Below the pieces are notes generated by a model, which was not told the DNA's origin, made no database searches, and saw only the letters and a program-made list of their open reading frames with translations. This document shows, piece by piece, positions 14,401-26,400 of a stretch of 64,000 nt of DNA. The first letter of the stretch is position 1; each line of letters begins with the position of its first letter. Position numbers and translations under genes: made by a program. Source of the stretch: Saccostrea cucullata (Eukaryota); the NCBI RefSeq assembly GCF_032062105.1, contig NW_026935415.1, positions 1-64,000 on the forward strand, in the 5' to 3' direction.

Positions 14401-17400
14401 ATATAGAAAAATGACTTTTCAAGCTAATTTTGCGAAAAGAGTTTCTATAAAAAAAGCTTGGATAACTTTAAAAAGACCTAGACAAATTAGTCGATGATTT
14501 AAAAAAGTCAAGATGTGGTAAGACTTAAACTATTGAGATAAAAAAAAAACAATTTGTCTTATCGCTAGTTTCTTTTTCAAAAAAATTTCAGTTTGTTTTA
14601 CCATTGCCAAAATTGTGCATTTATGAATGACTAGAACGTCATAAATTGAACGTAATCTCGTTAACATTATACAGCGACAACGCCGCGAATGATAAATATT
14701 AAATTTTATGATGTTAATGTTTAATAAGATTTCAAGCATAACACATGAGTTTGACCACTTCATATATCTGAAAAAAGGGGGGGGGTCTATATAAGTGGCG
14801 CCAACTCTCGAACATTTGTTACTTTCTTTAGTAAAAATTCCATAAGCAAAATGTAAAACACTTGTACTTAGCTCTATACACAGATTGCTTTTGTTATATA
14901 AGGGAAAATGAACTTGTTACTCGTAAATTACATGTATCTGTTTACAGTGCCATAAGGTCTGGTAGTCCGGGTGTCTGTACATGTATACATTTTTAAAAAT
15001 GATTTCACAATATGATAGCCTGCTTATACATATAGCACCACATGAGATTCAAATACAAAATAAACAAAAAAAAAATAATAATTATGAGAAAAAGAAAAAA
15101 GAAAAAATAATAATAGAAAAAAAAACGTACTTAAATTTCACCCGTTTTAAGTAATGAGGATTGATCCAATCCTGTAAGTATTTTATATAAAATAATATTT
15201 TCGTCGCGGATTTGATTGGCCAATAAAGTTTAATATGCACGTTTCCTTTGGGTTGCAAATTATATGCGCACATAAGAACCTTCAAAATTTTGGCTTAGCA
15301 ATCAACGAAAACTTTCTTCTTGCATACTGTAACTTTTTCTTTTTGCATACCATAACTTTTACGTCAATTCATTTGAATTGACTTTAAACAGTTAAGTAAC
15401 ACTTACTATATAAATTATTCCTTTTATTTGGTACGTTTTTTTTTGTTCTAAGACATTGCACAAAAAAATCACAACGGAAGCATAAAGGCTTTCAGTTTGT
15501 ATCAATCTTTTAAAGAAAAAAAAATACCAGTAACTCTGCAATGTCTTTCGACAAAATTGCACTAGGTCTATAGTTTCAACTAGATGCTCGGTTCCGTAAG
15601 CCCTGACGAGCTCTCATGTGACGTCACAGTCTAGATGTCTCGTGCGACTTGGCGTTTGAAGTGGCGGATCAACGTTCCAGGTGTATATAGGAAGGTTCAA
15701 CTGCGCTCGCCCCAACGGTCACATCGTAAAACATAATTACCCTAGTTTAGTTCAAACATGCGCACGATGTTTACGTTAAATAGCATTTACTATGAATTAA
15801 TCCACTTGTTTCGTACAGACTATGTATAAAATTATATTCAGAGAATTAAATCAAAATTTAATTAAAATTAAAAGTGCACAAAACAACCGCTCGAATCATT
15901 GTAATTGTGTACTTTAAAAGTATTGCTTTCTTCATAAGGAATGAAGAAACTTTCATTCTGCGTAAAAAAAATTCAATAATTTTTCGCATTTTTTTTTTTT
16001 TTGCAGATTATTGTACCGAAACAACATAACTGCAATCAAAAACAACACATTCATTGGTTTGATGAACTTAAAGAAGTTGTAAGTTTTTTTCCCTAAGAAT
16101 TTCTGACAACAATATTAATTTTGAAAGTTTTAATCCACCAAAAAAAATGGTATGCTGTTCTCTGATTCAACAATTTTAAGTACAATAGCACCATGTCTCT
16201 TATAAGACATTTTAAGATTTTTTTTTACATACTCTAAAATCACATATTTTCGAAAAGTCAAGTTTTCGTGGTTTGAATAAAAACTCTTGGTTTGTGTGGA
16301 TTTGAATTTGTGGATGAAACAATTGTTGAGTAGTTATATAGGCAACATTTTACATTTCATGGTGGACATGAATTCGTGGGTTTCTTCATTACTCAAAAAC
16401 AACGAAAATTTAACCCCATGAAAATTTGTGATTTCACAGTACATATTAGCATTATTCTTTAACAACAAACAGTAGGTTCAAAATTACTCACTTAATGTGT
16501 AAAGCGTAATTCAGGTTGACGGAAAAATAAGTCGAGTTTGTATATTATAAGATTTGTGATGACATTGTGAGACTGGAAACAATTATTCACGTGATCCATT
16601 TTTTTTCTTTAAATAATTATGATTTTCTAGGACTGTGAGGTAAAACTATTAAGAATCATGACATACAGTAGCACTTGAATTTCACTCTGAACAATTTTCC
16701 CCAGGTATCTAGCCCGCAGCAGCATAACCACAATCGAGGCTGGCGCGTTCACTGATCTGTCAAAATTAGAGGAACTGTAAGTTTTTGGATAGAAGTTGAG
16801 GTTGCATAAAATCAGATTAAATCTAGCGAGGGTGGCCCTTGAGTTAAGGATAAGTTATAGTCTTTTTATTTGAATGTAGCTTTTCAAGATCGCACATACG
16901 TTAGTTATGTTTCCATGTCCTCGATGCTTTTCATTATTATAATTTTCTTAAAGAATTAGGTAAATTTATTATGATTTTTCTAGGATGACCTAAGTAAGAA
17001 CTTGAAATTCCTTCTTCATAATGTCTTTCAGGGATCTTTCCAGCAACACCATAACCACAATAGAGGATAAAGCGTTCAATGATCTTACAAAATTAAAGAA
17101 ATTGTAAGTTCTTTACTTAAAAATATGTTTGAAATGTCAATCCTCATAAACATACTTCCTTCAATAACAATACCTTGATTCATTCAACACTCAATAAGGG
17201 AGATTGTAATTTCAATTTTTAAATTGTTTTGGATAATATCAATTCTTTAAATTAAATTATCCCATGAATTGATATTTTCAATGATTTAAAAAATGCAACC
17301 ATTTTTTATATGCAAGTTTGTTTTTTTTTCAAAAATATCTTTGGAATATCAATCCTCTAAAAGGTTATATCCCATGTATTGATTTGACAAATTAATAGAG

Positions 17401-20400
17401 ACTGTTATTTTTAAAATAATGGGATATTAATCCTCGGAACTGTAGTATCCAATGCATTCATTCTGCATTGACGTTTTGCAATTTATAAAGAGTAGACTGT
17501 CACAAGCCAGTTTATACTCGTGTAAATTACATCTATTGGCATTGTAAAGCTTGTAGGAATTGTTCATTTGAAAACTTTTCACTGTATTTTTTATTAGGTA
17601 ATGAAAACTTTCAATTGCTTAAAAAAGAGGATTCTTTCAGTCATATTCTTAAGAACAGCACATTTGTTGGTTTGTCAAACTTAACGACATTGTAAGTTTT
17701 TTTTAAATAGTTCTTAACTACAGATATTTTTAGAGTATCATTATATCAAAGTATCAATACTGTATACGTATTAATTCAACAATTTCATCAACAATTGCAT
17801 TGTCTTGGGGATTTTTTTTTTACATGAATGTGGGTCCGAACCTTCCTAACCTTAATAGTTAGTGGAGCGAGAATAACAACAAACGTTCAACAAATTATAA
17901 AATTGCCTTGATTTAAGAGATATATTGCAGACAAATATTCAATAAACAATTCTTAATTGAATGAACAAACTCTGTCCTGGCATCGGGTTGATAATGCAAC
18001 ATATATCATGTGACGTCAGAGTCTAAACGCACCAAATGTCACCTGCAGTTCGACGAGTCCGATCTAAATCTAAAAAAAAAACAAAAAAACTGAATATGTA
18101 TCTGCGCTCACCCTAACAGTCGCACTATCAACATAATATAAAACAGTATGGTAGAAGTAACTTACCTGATTTTATTTGATGTTTTGTATAGCATAATGAA
18201 TTATTTAAGGATTCAAATAATACATTAATGTGGGATTCATACTGACAGAGAAATAAGTTGAGGTTGTAAAATTCAAATTTAATAAAGCAGGGATGACCCT
18301 TGAGAGCCTAGTCATGTTATTCACATCCTCGATGCTTTTTATAACTATAATTTTCTTAAAGAATGAGGTAAAGTTATTAAGATTTTTTAGATTGACATAA
18401 GCAATAACTTGTCATTCCCTCTTCACTATGTATTTCAGGGATCTTTCCAGCAACACCATAAGCACAATAGCGGACAATGCGTTCAATGACCTAACAAAAT
18501 TAGAGACATTGTGAGTTCTTAACTTAAACATATGTTTGAAATGTCTTCCTTATAACCTTTATTTATCCAATGCATTTATTCATCCAATGAATTGACAAAA
18601 TTAGAGAGATTTTAAGATCTTTAAATTTTTTTGATATATTGATCCACCAAACTGTGTAATCCGAAGTATTCAAATTTTGATTCTTTCCATGATTTGTAAA
18701 AAAAAAAAGAAGATGTAAGTTTGTTATTTATAAATATTTTAGGATATCAAATGAATAGTCTAAACTGTAATGCCTTATGCATTAATTCTTCATCGGAGTT
18801 CCGCAGTATAAAAAGCCTAAACGGCCCCTCCCCCCGGTGAACTCAGTTTATACCGTGTTAATTCTATGTACTGGTATGGTTTTACTTGTAGCAATTATTC
18901 AATTTATAATTGACTCTTTTAATGCATTTTTCATTAGAAATGAAAAATAATTTTGCGTGAAATAAATCTATGTGTGTCTTTTTTTCTACAATTTTTCCCA
19001 GATTGTTGGACAACAACAAAATAACCAGTATTACGAAAGGCGCATTTGTTGGTTTAACAAACCTAAAGGACTTGTAAGTTTTTTCTGATATTTTATTGCT
19101 ACAGACATTTTCTGGGGAATATAAGTTCAACAAATTATAAAATATTGTGTTTTGATTCAAAAATTTCAAGAAATATAGAATCGTCATTTTGTTGATTAAT
19201 GTTGACTCGAACCTTACTAACGGACAGCGTGATAGGAGTAACGTACTTGATTTATGAACAAAATATGGGACAAATATGTATATTGAATTATTTAAGGATT
19301 CAAATGATAAGTTAGTGTTGGATGCATAATTACGAATGAGGCAAAAATAAGATGAGATAGTATATTATAAGTTTAACATAACTGTGGTGGTTTTGTGAGG
19401 CTATTAAGAATTATCACGTAATATATGCTTTTTTTGCCCCTAGATCGAAAGATCCCGAAGGTATATTATTTTTGTCCTGTCTGTCTTTTTTTATTCTGTC
19501 TGTTTTCAACTTTAACCCAATCCATAACTATTGAGTAGGCGGGGCTATGACGTTCATATTTCACAGTTATATTTCTTGTGAAATGAACTTTCTTTAGGTA
19601 CCACCAAATTTGACTTCTTGACCTTTGAGTATAACCTACTTTTAACAAATATATACCACACTTTAAATTTGGCCATAACATTTTGAGCAGTAAGAGCCAA
19701 ATCCTTCAGCTGGAATACTTTTGACCATTTCACCTTGACCCACCTTTTATAAACTTTAACCTTGGTCATAACATTTGAACATTGTCAATAAGAACTAGGG
19801 CTTTAATATATCATAGGTGTATTCAAAAACTTATCTTTGGATATCAACATTTTTTGCTTTTCACATTGAACTTTGACGTTTGACATGCTTTCTGGAGAAT
19901 TAAAACCTTGCAGGAAGCTGCCAAAAGGGTATCATTAATGTTCACAAACAAATATGTTTATAATGGTAATTTTCTAAAGAGATAGTGTAAAATTAAAATA
20001 CCCACACTTTCTAAAGAAAGTTCGGGTATATTGTTGTTACTCGTGTCCGTCCGTCCGTCTGTCGCACTTTTTCCCTGAACTCCTCCTACACTTTACTCAG
20101 TAGGCTAATCATCTTTTGGGAGATGGTTGGTGGTGCTATTAAGATGTGCAGTAAGGTTTCGGAATGTTTGATTTTGCCCCGGGGTCAAATGGGAGTGTGA
20201 ATTTAAAGGCCTTAGTGTGGGTATTACAGTCTCATGACAGCATCCATTTATGATTGTTTGAGGGCGTGGTATATTTCTACCTAATTGATATTTACTCTTT
20301 ACATTTTTTCAGGATGGTTCTCAACAACAGCATTACGACAATAGAGGCTGGCGCATTCAATGATTTGAATAAATTAGAGATACTGTAAGTTAATTATTCA

Positions 20401-23400
20401 AAGAATTTGAATGTCTATCCTCATAACAATAATCTGAACAATGCATTAATTCATTTAATGAGAGAGACTGAAAGCTCGTTATTTTAAATATATATTGGCA
20501 TTGGGAAGCTTGTAGGAATCATTCACGTGATAATTGACATAGAACCGAATCTTCTTTTTAAAGAATGATGAAATATTTATTTTGCAATGACGCAAACTCA
20601 CTCTCTACATCTACTCTTTACATATTTTTTCCCAGAGATTTGAATGAGAACAAGTCTTTTTTTCTACATTTTTCCCCAGATTTTTGGACAACAACAAAAT
20701 AACCAGTATTAGGAAAGGCGCATTTGTTGGTTTGACAAACGCTAAGGACTTGTAAGTTTTTTCTGATGTTTTATAGCTACCATTGACGTTTGACATGCAT
20801 TTGGGGGAAATCAGCCCTCGTAGTAAGCGAGTTTTTGAGGGTGTGATATATATGTACTTAATTGATATTAACTCTTTACAATTTTTTTCAGGATAGTTAA
20901 CAAAAACAGCATTACGACAATAGAGGCTGGCGCATTCAATAATATGACTAAATTAGAGCAACTGTACGTTGTTTATTTAAAAAAAATTGGCATTTCTATC
21001 CTCATAACAATAATTTGAACAATGCATATCTTCATTTAACGATTAAAAAAAAGTCTTGTCCTTGACTCTCACTCTTTACAATTTTTTCCCAGATATTTGA
21101 ATGAGAACGAGATTACAACGATACAGGACAACGCATTTGTTGGTTTGACAGGCTTAAAAGAACTGTACGTTTTTTTCTAATAGTTCCTTACTACAGATAT
21201 TTCTGGAATATCAGTCTAATTTTGATGTACTGTGCTTCGATTCAATAATTTCAAGAACGATAACATCTTCTTTTTGATTTTTGTACATCAATGTTAGCCG
21301 GTAATTAAATCGCAAACAGCTTGATAGAAGTAACCCATTTGATAAATTTGATGTACATTGTAATATCTAAGATAGGTTGCGGATTTACTGCGTAAAAAAT
21401 ATAAAGCATGTTCTTAAAATTTGACTTCATGTTCCTGAGTATTTACAGCAAAGCAAGATAAACATAAAAAGATTGGGATGAAAAAAAAATCAAAATATCC
21501 TTTTTGAGTTTTCTTGCTACATGTGTATAATTTCAAAGTTTGCTTTTATATTGTCAAACGTTCAAGGCGTTTTTAATGAGTACATCGTCATGTACAATGT
21601 CATCGGGTTTACATGTATATATTCATGTTTGAAATATGCAGGATGAAAAGCTGACATAGGCTCACTCTGTAATATTATTAATCACTTATATATTGCAGAA
21701 TTGTGCTTGTATGTTTGCTGTATGTTGTTAAACGTCCCTTTCGATATTTTTGCTCTCATTTGGAGTCGATGTCACTTGCCATCGACGCTTATAATGTCCT
21801 ATACTCGGCACTTACAGCGATTGAGCATTGAGGGATCTTTTTACTGTTCGTATTTACTGTGTTACCGGACCTCGGTTTATACGGTATCATTCTAAGAATC
21901 AGTCTCCACGTCACACAGTGAGATTCGAACCTGCAACGTAACGATTACCACCTTGCGAATATTTGATACCAATTATTTTACATGTAGTCTCTAGGAAAAC
22001 GATAAAATAAAGTGTGCTTAAGAGGGCTGGGGGCTCGCGGCCATTTTTAGACTTTATTGATCTCTTTTAGAAGAAGAGCTCTATACAAATATGGTCAGAT
22101 TTTAAAACTAAAATTTGAATTTTTTTTCCTTTGCCAAATGATTGTTGAAAACTTAACTTCAAAAAAATGATTTACATGAATATAGGTATTAGGATCCTTT
22201 TCACAATACATGTAATTCAAAACTGAATGATGATCATACTTTATCTCTAGAGTCATGTGATTTAGTTATAGTTGTGAAGAACGTGGAAATCAGTTTAAAG
22301 ACAGATCATACAAACAAATACATTGATTCCTCTAATGATTTGGCAGAATGAGAGAGACTGTTAGCTCATTATTAAAAATATTTTTTGATATCAATCATCT
22401 AAAGTAAAATATTCTATTTTTGAATCATTCTATGACGCTCCGCAGTTTTAACTTTCCCATCCTTGTTTATACAGAATAATCCCATATATTGGCATTGGAA
22501 AGCTAGTAGCTAGGAATTATTCACGTGATAATTGACAAAGAACCGTATTCTCTTTTTAAAGAATGAAAAAAAAATAATTTTTGAGGGACAAAAAATCTAT
22601 TTAGACATTTACTCTGTACACATTTTTTTTTCAGACATTTGAATGAGAACAAGATTACAGCAATACAGGACAACACATTTGCTGGTTTGACAGGCTTAAT
22701 GGGGTTGTAAGTTTTTTTCTAATAGTTCCTTACTACAGATATTTACCAATCCAATGTTGATGTACTGTATTTCTATTCAATAATTTTAATAACGATAGCA
22801 TCTTCTTTTGGATTTTTGTATATCACTGTTGCCCTGAAATCAAATTGCAAACAGCTTAATACAAGTAACCCATTTGATAAATTTGAAATACCGTATATAC
22901 TCGCCTATAAGTCGGTTTTTTGGGAGTTAATCTCTGGTCTAAAACTCTTTGTCCGACTTAAAGGCGAGCAAATAAAAGTATGGTTTAATATGAGGTCAGC
23001 CCATCTCATATACAAGCTTATTAAATACGACCGACTTATATGCAGACCGACTTATAGGCGAGTATATAAGGTAGGTAACGAGGATGAACATTAAAATATT
23101 TAAGATGGAGTGCGTATTTTCTGCTTTAATACAGTATAATCTCAAATATTGGCATTGTGGAGCTTCTAAGAATTATTCACATGATAATTATCAAAGAAAC
23201 GTATTTTCTTTTTAAAGAATTAAAAAATATTTATTTTGCTGAAACAAAAACTCGCTCTCTACATTTACTCTTTACACATTTTTTTTTCAGATATTTGAAT
23301 GGTAACAAGATTACAGCAATACAGAACAATACACTTGCTGGTTTGACAGGCTTGAGGACATTGTAAGTTCTTTCTAAAAGTTTCTAACTACAGTTGTATT

Positions 23401-26400
23401 TGAAGCACCAAAGTATGATATAGATATACTGTGTTTCGATTCAATAATTTCAATAACGATAACATCTTCTTGTGGATTTTTACTCCTCATTGTTGGCCCG
23501 AACTTTAATGACAAACAGCTTGATAGAAGTTTGATTTATTTGAAATAGGTGACGAGTATGCACATTTAAATATTGAAGATAGGTTGTGGTTTAAGAACCC
23601 TCTCTACACTGCACACTAAAGAGTTCTGATTCTTATGTATTTTTCTGCAGTTAGAGTGATCTGCCCTTAGATCTAAATTTAAAAAAAAAATTTACAGTAC
23701 AATACTCAATTTGTAATTAATTCAGCAAATCTTAACATTTTAAAAGGCCAAGAGAAATTAACTGAACATGTTATTTACATGTACTTTCTTAATTGAAGTA
23801 ATTAACATTGATTTCTAGTCACTGATACTGGGTTGTCTTTGAGCTTTTTTCCCGGAGGCAAATGCCACGCATCATATAGTGAAAATTAGATAAATACGCA
23901 AAATATTAACTCCTTTATACAATATATTTTTCTCAATGTCCAAAAAGAATATTTACACTTGTGTAGAGAGGGTCCTTAACTGCATAGAAAATCTGAAGCA
24001 TATTATGAAAATTTGACTTCATGTTCCTTAGTATTTACAGCATATCATAATTTTTGTCAAGTTTGCATACGTTGTATTAATGTTATGTTACCGTAAACGC
24101 AGCATAGCTTTGGGTATAACTTTCAACCGGTGTTTGCTTGCCACATTTTGGTTTTTGTATATACTAGCTTGAAATATATCAAGTCTTAATAAACAACAAT
24201 TTCAACATATACATGTGTTTTAAGTTATAGTATTCTAGGTTACTGTTCATTTAATTTTTGCTGGAAAGAGGAAGCATAAATATCATTTATGACAGTAAAT
24301 AATTTTATTGACGAATGATTTAATATAGCAAGTTGTGTTCATTTTGTGTTATGTTCAACATATATATTGTTTATGTAGTAAATTAGCTGTAACTGTAAAC
24401 CTTATAAGAGCCTATGCAATTTTTCCCCACTGGGAGCCTCAGGTTCAATGCTGCAATCTGATTGGTCGAGAGTTAGCGTCGCTTTATACAGTTTGTAAGA
24501 CAGTAGACATTTTTGTGAGGAGGCTGAGAAAAATTTTTAAACCCTCCCACCTCTCCCATTTTTATACAAAAGAAATTGAGCCATGAGCCTTTGGACCTCA
24601 CCTTCTGCCACTTACAATGATTTTTCTAGTCATGTATGTTTGCATACAAGTATTTTGGAATATTGTAATTTTGATGTATTATACCACTTATTGTGTTTGC
24701 AATGGTTATAGTTACAAAACTTCTAATATACAGGTTTTAAGTCTAGACTTGTACATTTTGCTAATGCCTGTAAATTGTAATTGCTCAACCGGTGTTTGCT
24801 TGCCACATTTTGGTTTTTGTATATACTAGCTTGAAATATATCAAGTCTTAATAAACAACAATTTCAACATATACATGTGTTTTAAGTTATAGTATTCTAG
24901 GTTACTGTTCATTTAATTTTTGCTGGAAAGAGGAAGCATAAAACTCCTTTATACAATATATTTTTCTCAATGTCCAAAAAGAATATTTACACTTGTGTAG
25001 AGAGGGTTTAACGGCATAAAAATTCTAAGGCATATTCTGAAAATTTGACTTCATGTTCGTTAGTATTTACAGCATATCATATGTACTGTAATTTTGTCAA
25101 GTTTGCATACGTTGTATTAATGTTATGTTACTGTGTAAACGCAGCATAGTTTTGGGTATAACTTTTACGCTTTACTTTTGAAATAAATGGGTAAATAGCG
25201 CTTTAAAACCAATTTCACCGAAAGAGTCTCTTTAAAAAAAAGTTTTCACAATACATGTTATTCAAATTGGACGTTTATCATACTTTATTTCTACATTCAT
25301 GTAAATAAATTATAGCGGTGAAGAACGGGGAAATAAGTTTAAGGACAATTTTTTCTTCGGAGGAGACCTTAATATCAGTTCACAGGTTTAGAAAGTGGAT
25401 GTTTCTTGGAATTTTCTCTCCTTGGAAAATGAAATAGACTTGGCAAATATTAGTTAATACTTCGATAAAATAACTATTATACACTCAACCAATCATCAAC
25501 AAAATAACAAATATGGATAAACTACACTCAGTAAAGGTTTACAGATGAAAACAGATTTCAGGGATTATTATGTTAGCTTGGTGCTAAAAATTAAATATAA
25601 AATTAAGAAAAATATACCAAGCCAGGTAAATTTTATGAAGAAAAACAAAATGAAAAGTTTTCTAAAGTTTATATTACACATTAAACACCAAGCTAACATA
25701 TTCTAAAATTTGTTTTTCATCTGTAAACGTCTACTGAGTGCGATTTGTCCATATTTGTAATTTATTTAAGGAATGTTTTTTTACGTTGTGTGTGAATTAT
25801 TGGTGTCTGAACCACACAGACTTATCACGTAGGCATATTGGCGCGCTTCATGAGAAATATGCTTTCTTGCATGTCTCTGTGATTCACACACAAATAATTC
25901 ACACAAAACTTTAGAAAAAAATCTTATATATACATTTTACACCTAAATATACTCAATATTTGAGTTTTTCTCTGGCCTATATCGTTGCATTTTTACTAAC
26001 ATTGTTGTTGCCTCATTGTGACGTCACGTTAGCGCTAGTTTCTCTGTGTATATTTCTTTGTGCGAGTATACACAAAAATGAAATTCAAATCAATTTCACT
26101 GTTGGCTTAGTTGAAAAGCACAGCGAATATAAATATTAATGTATAGGCTAATATTTTCCAAGTCTATTTCATTTTCCAAGTTCCAAGAAGAAATTATAAG
26201 AATTATAAAAAAAATGTTTGTATCATCATAATCATCTGTCTTTAAACGTCCATTCTTTAATTTTTATTTCAGGTATCTGAACAACAACAATATAGTACAA
26301 TTGGAAGCAACACTGTAAATAGTTGGACATCTTTATATAAATTGTAAGTAATTGAGAATAGAATAACGCATAAAAATATTTTAAAGAATACGAGGAAACA

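Noticed and set aside
20636-20653. 18-nt in-frame micro-exon using GT at 20654
   Set aside because: The following intron would be only 26 nt and the donor is weak.
18882-20796. Minus-strand ORFs 18882-19187 and 20611-20796 (also 6372-6611, 6677-6865) that resemble each other
   Set aside because: Antisense shadows of the duplicated plus-strand LRR exons.
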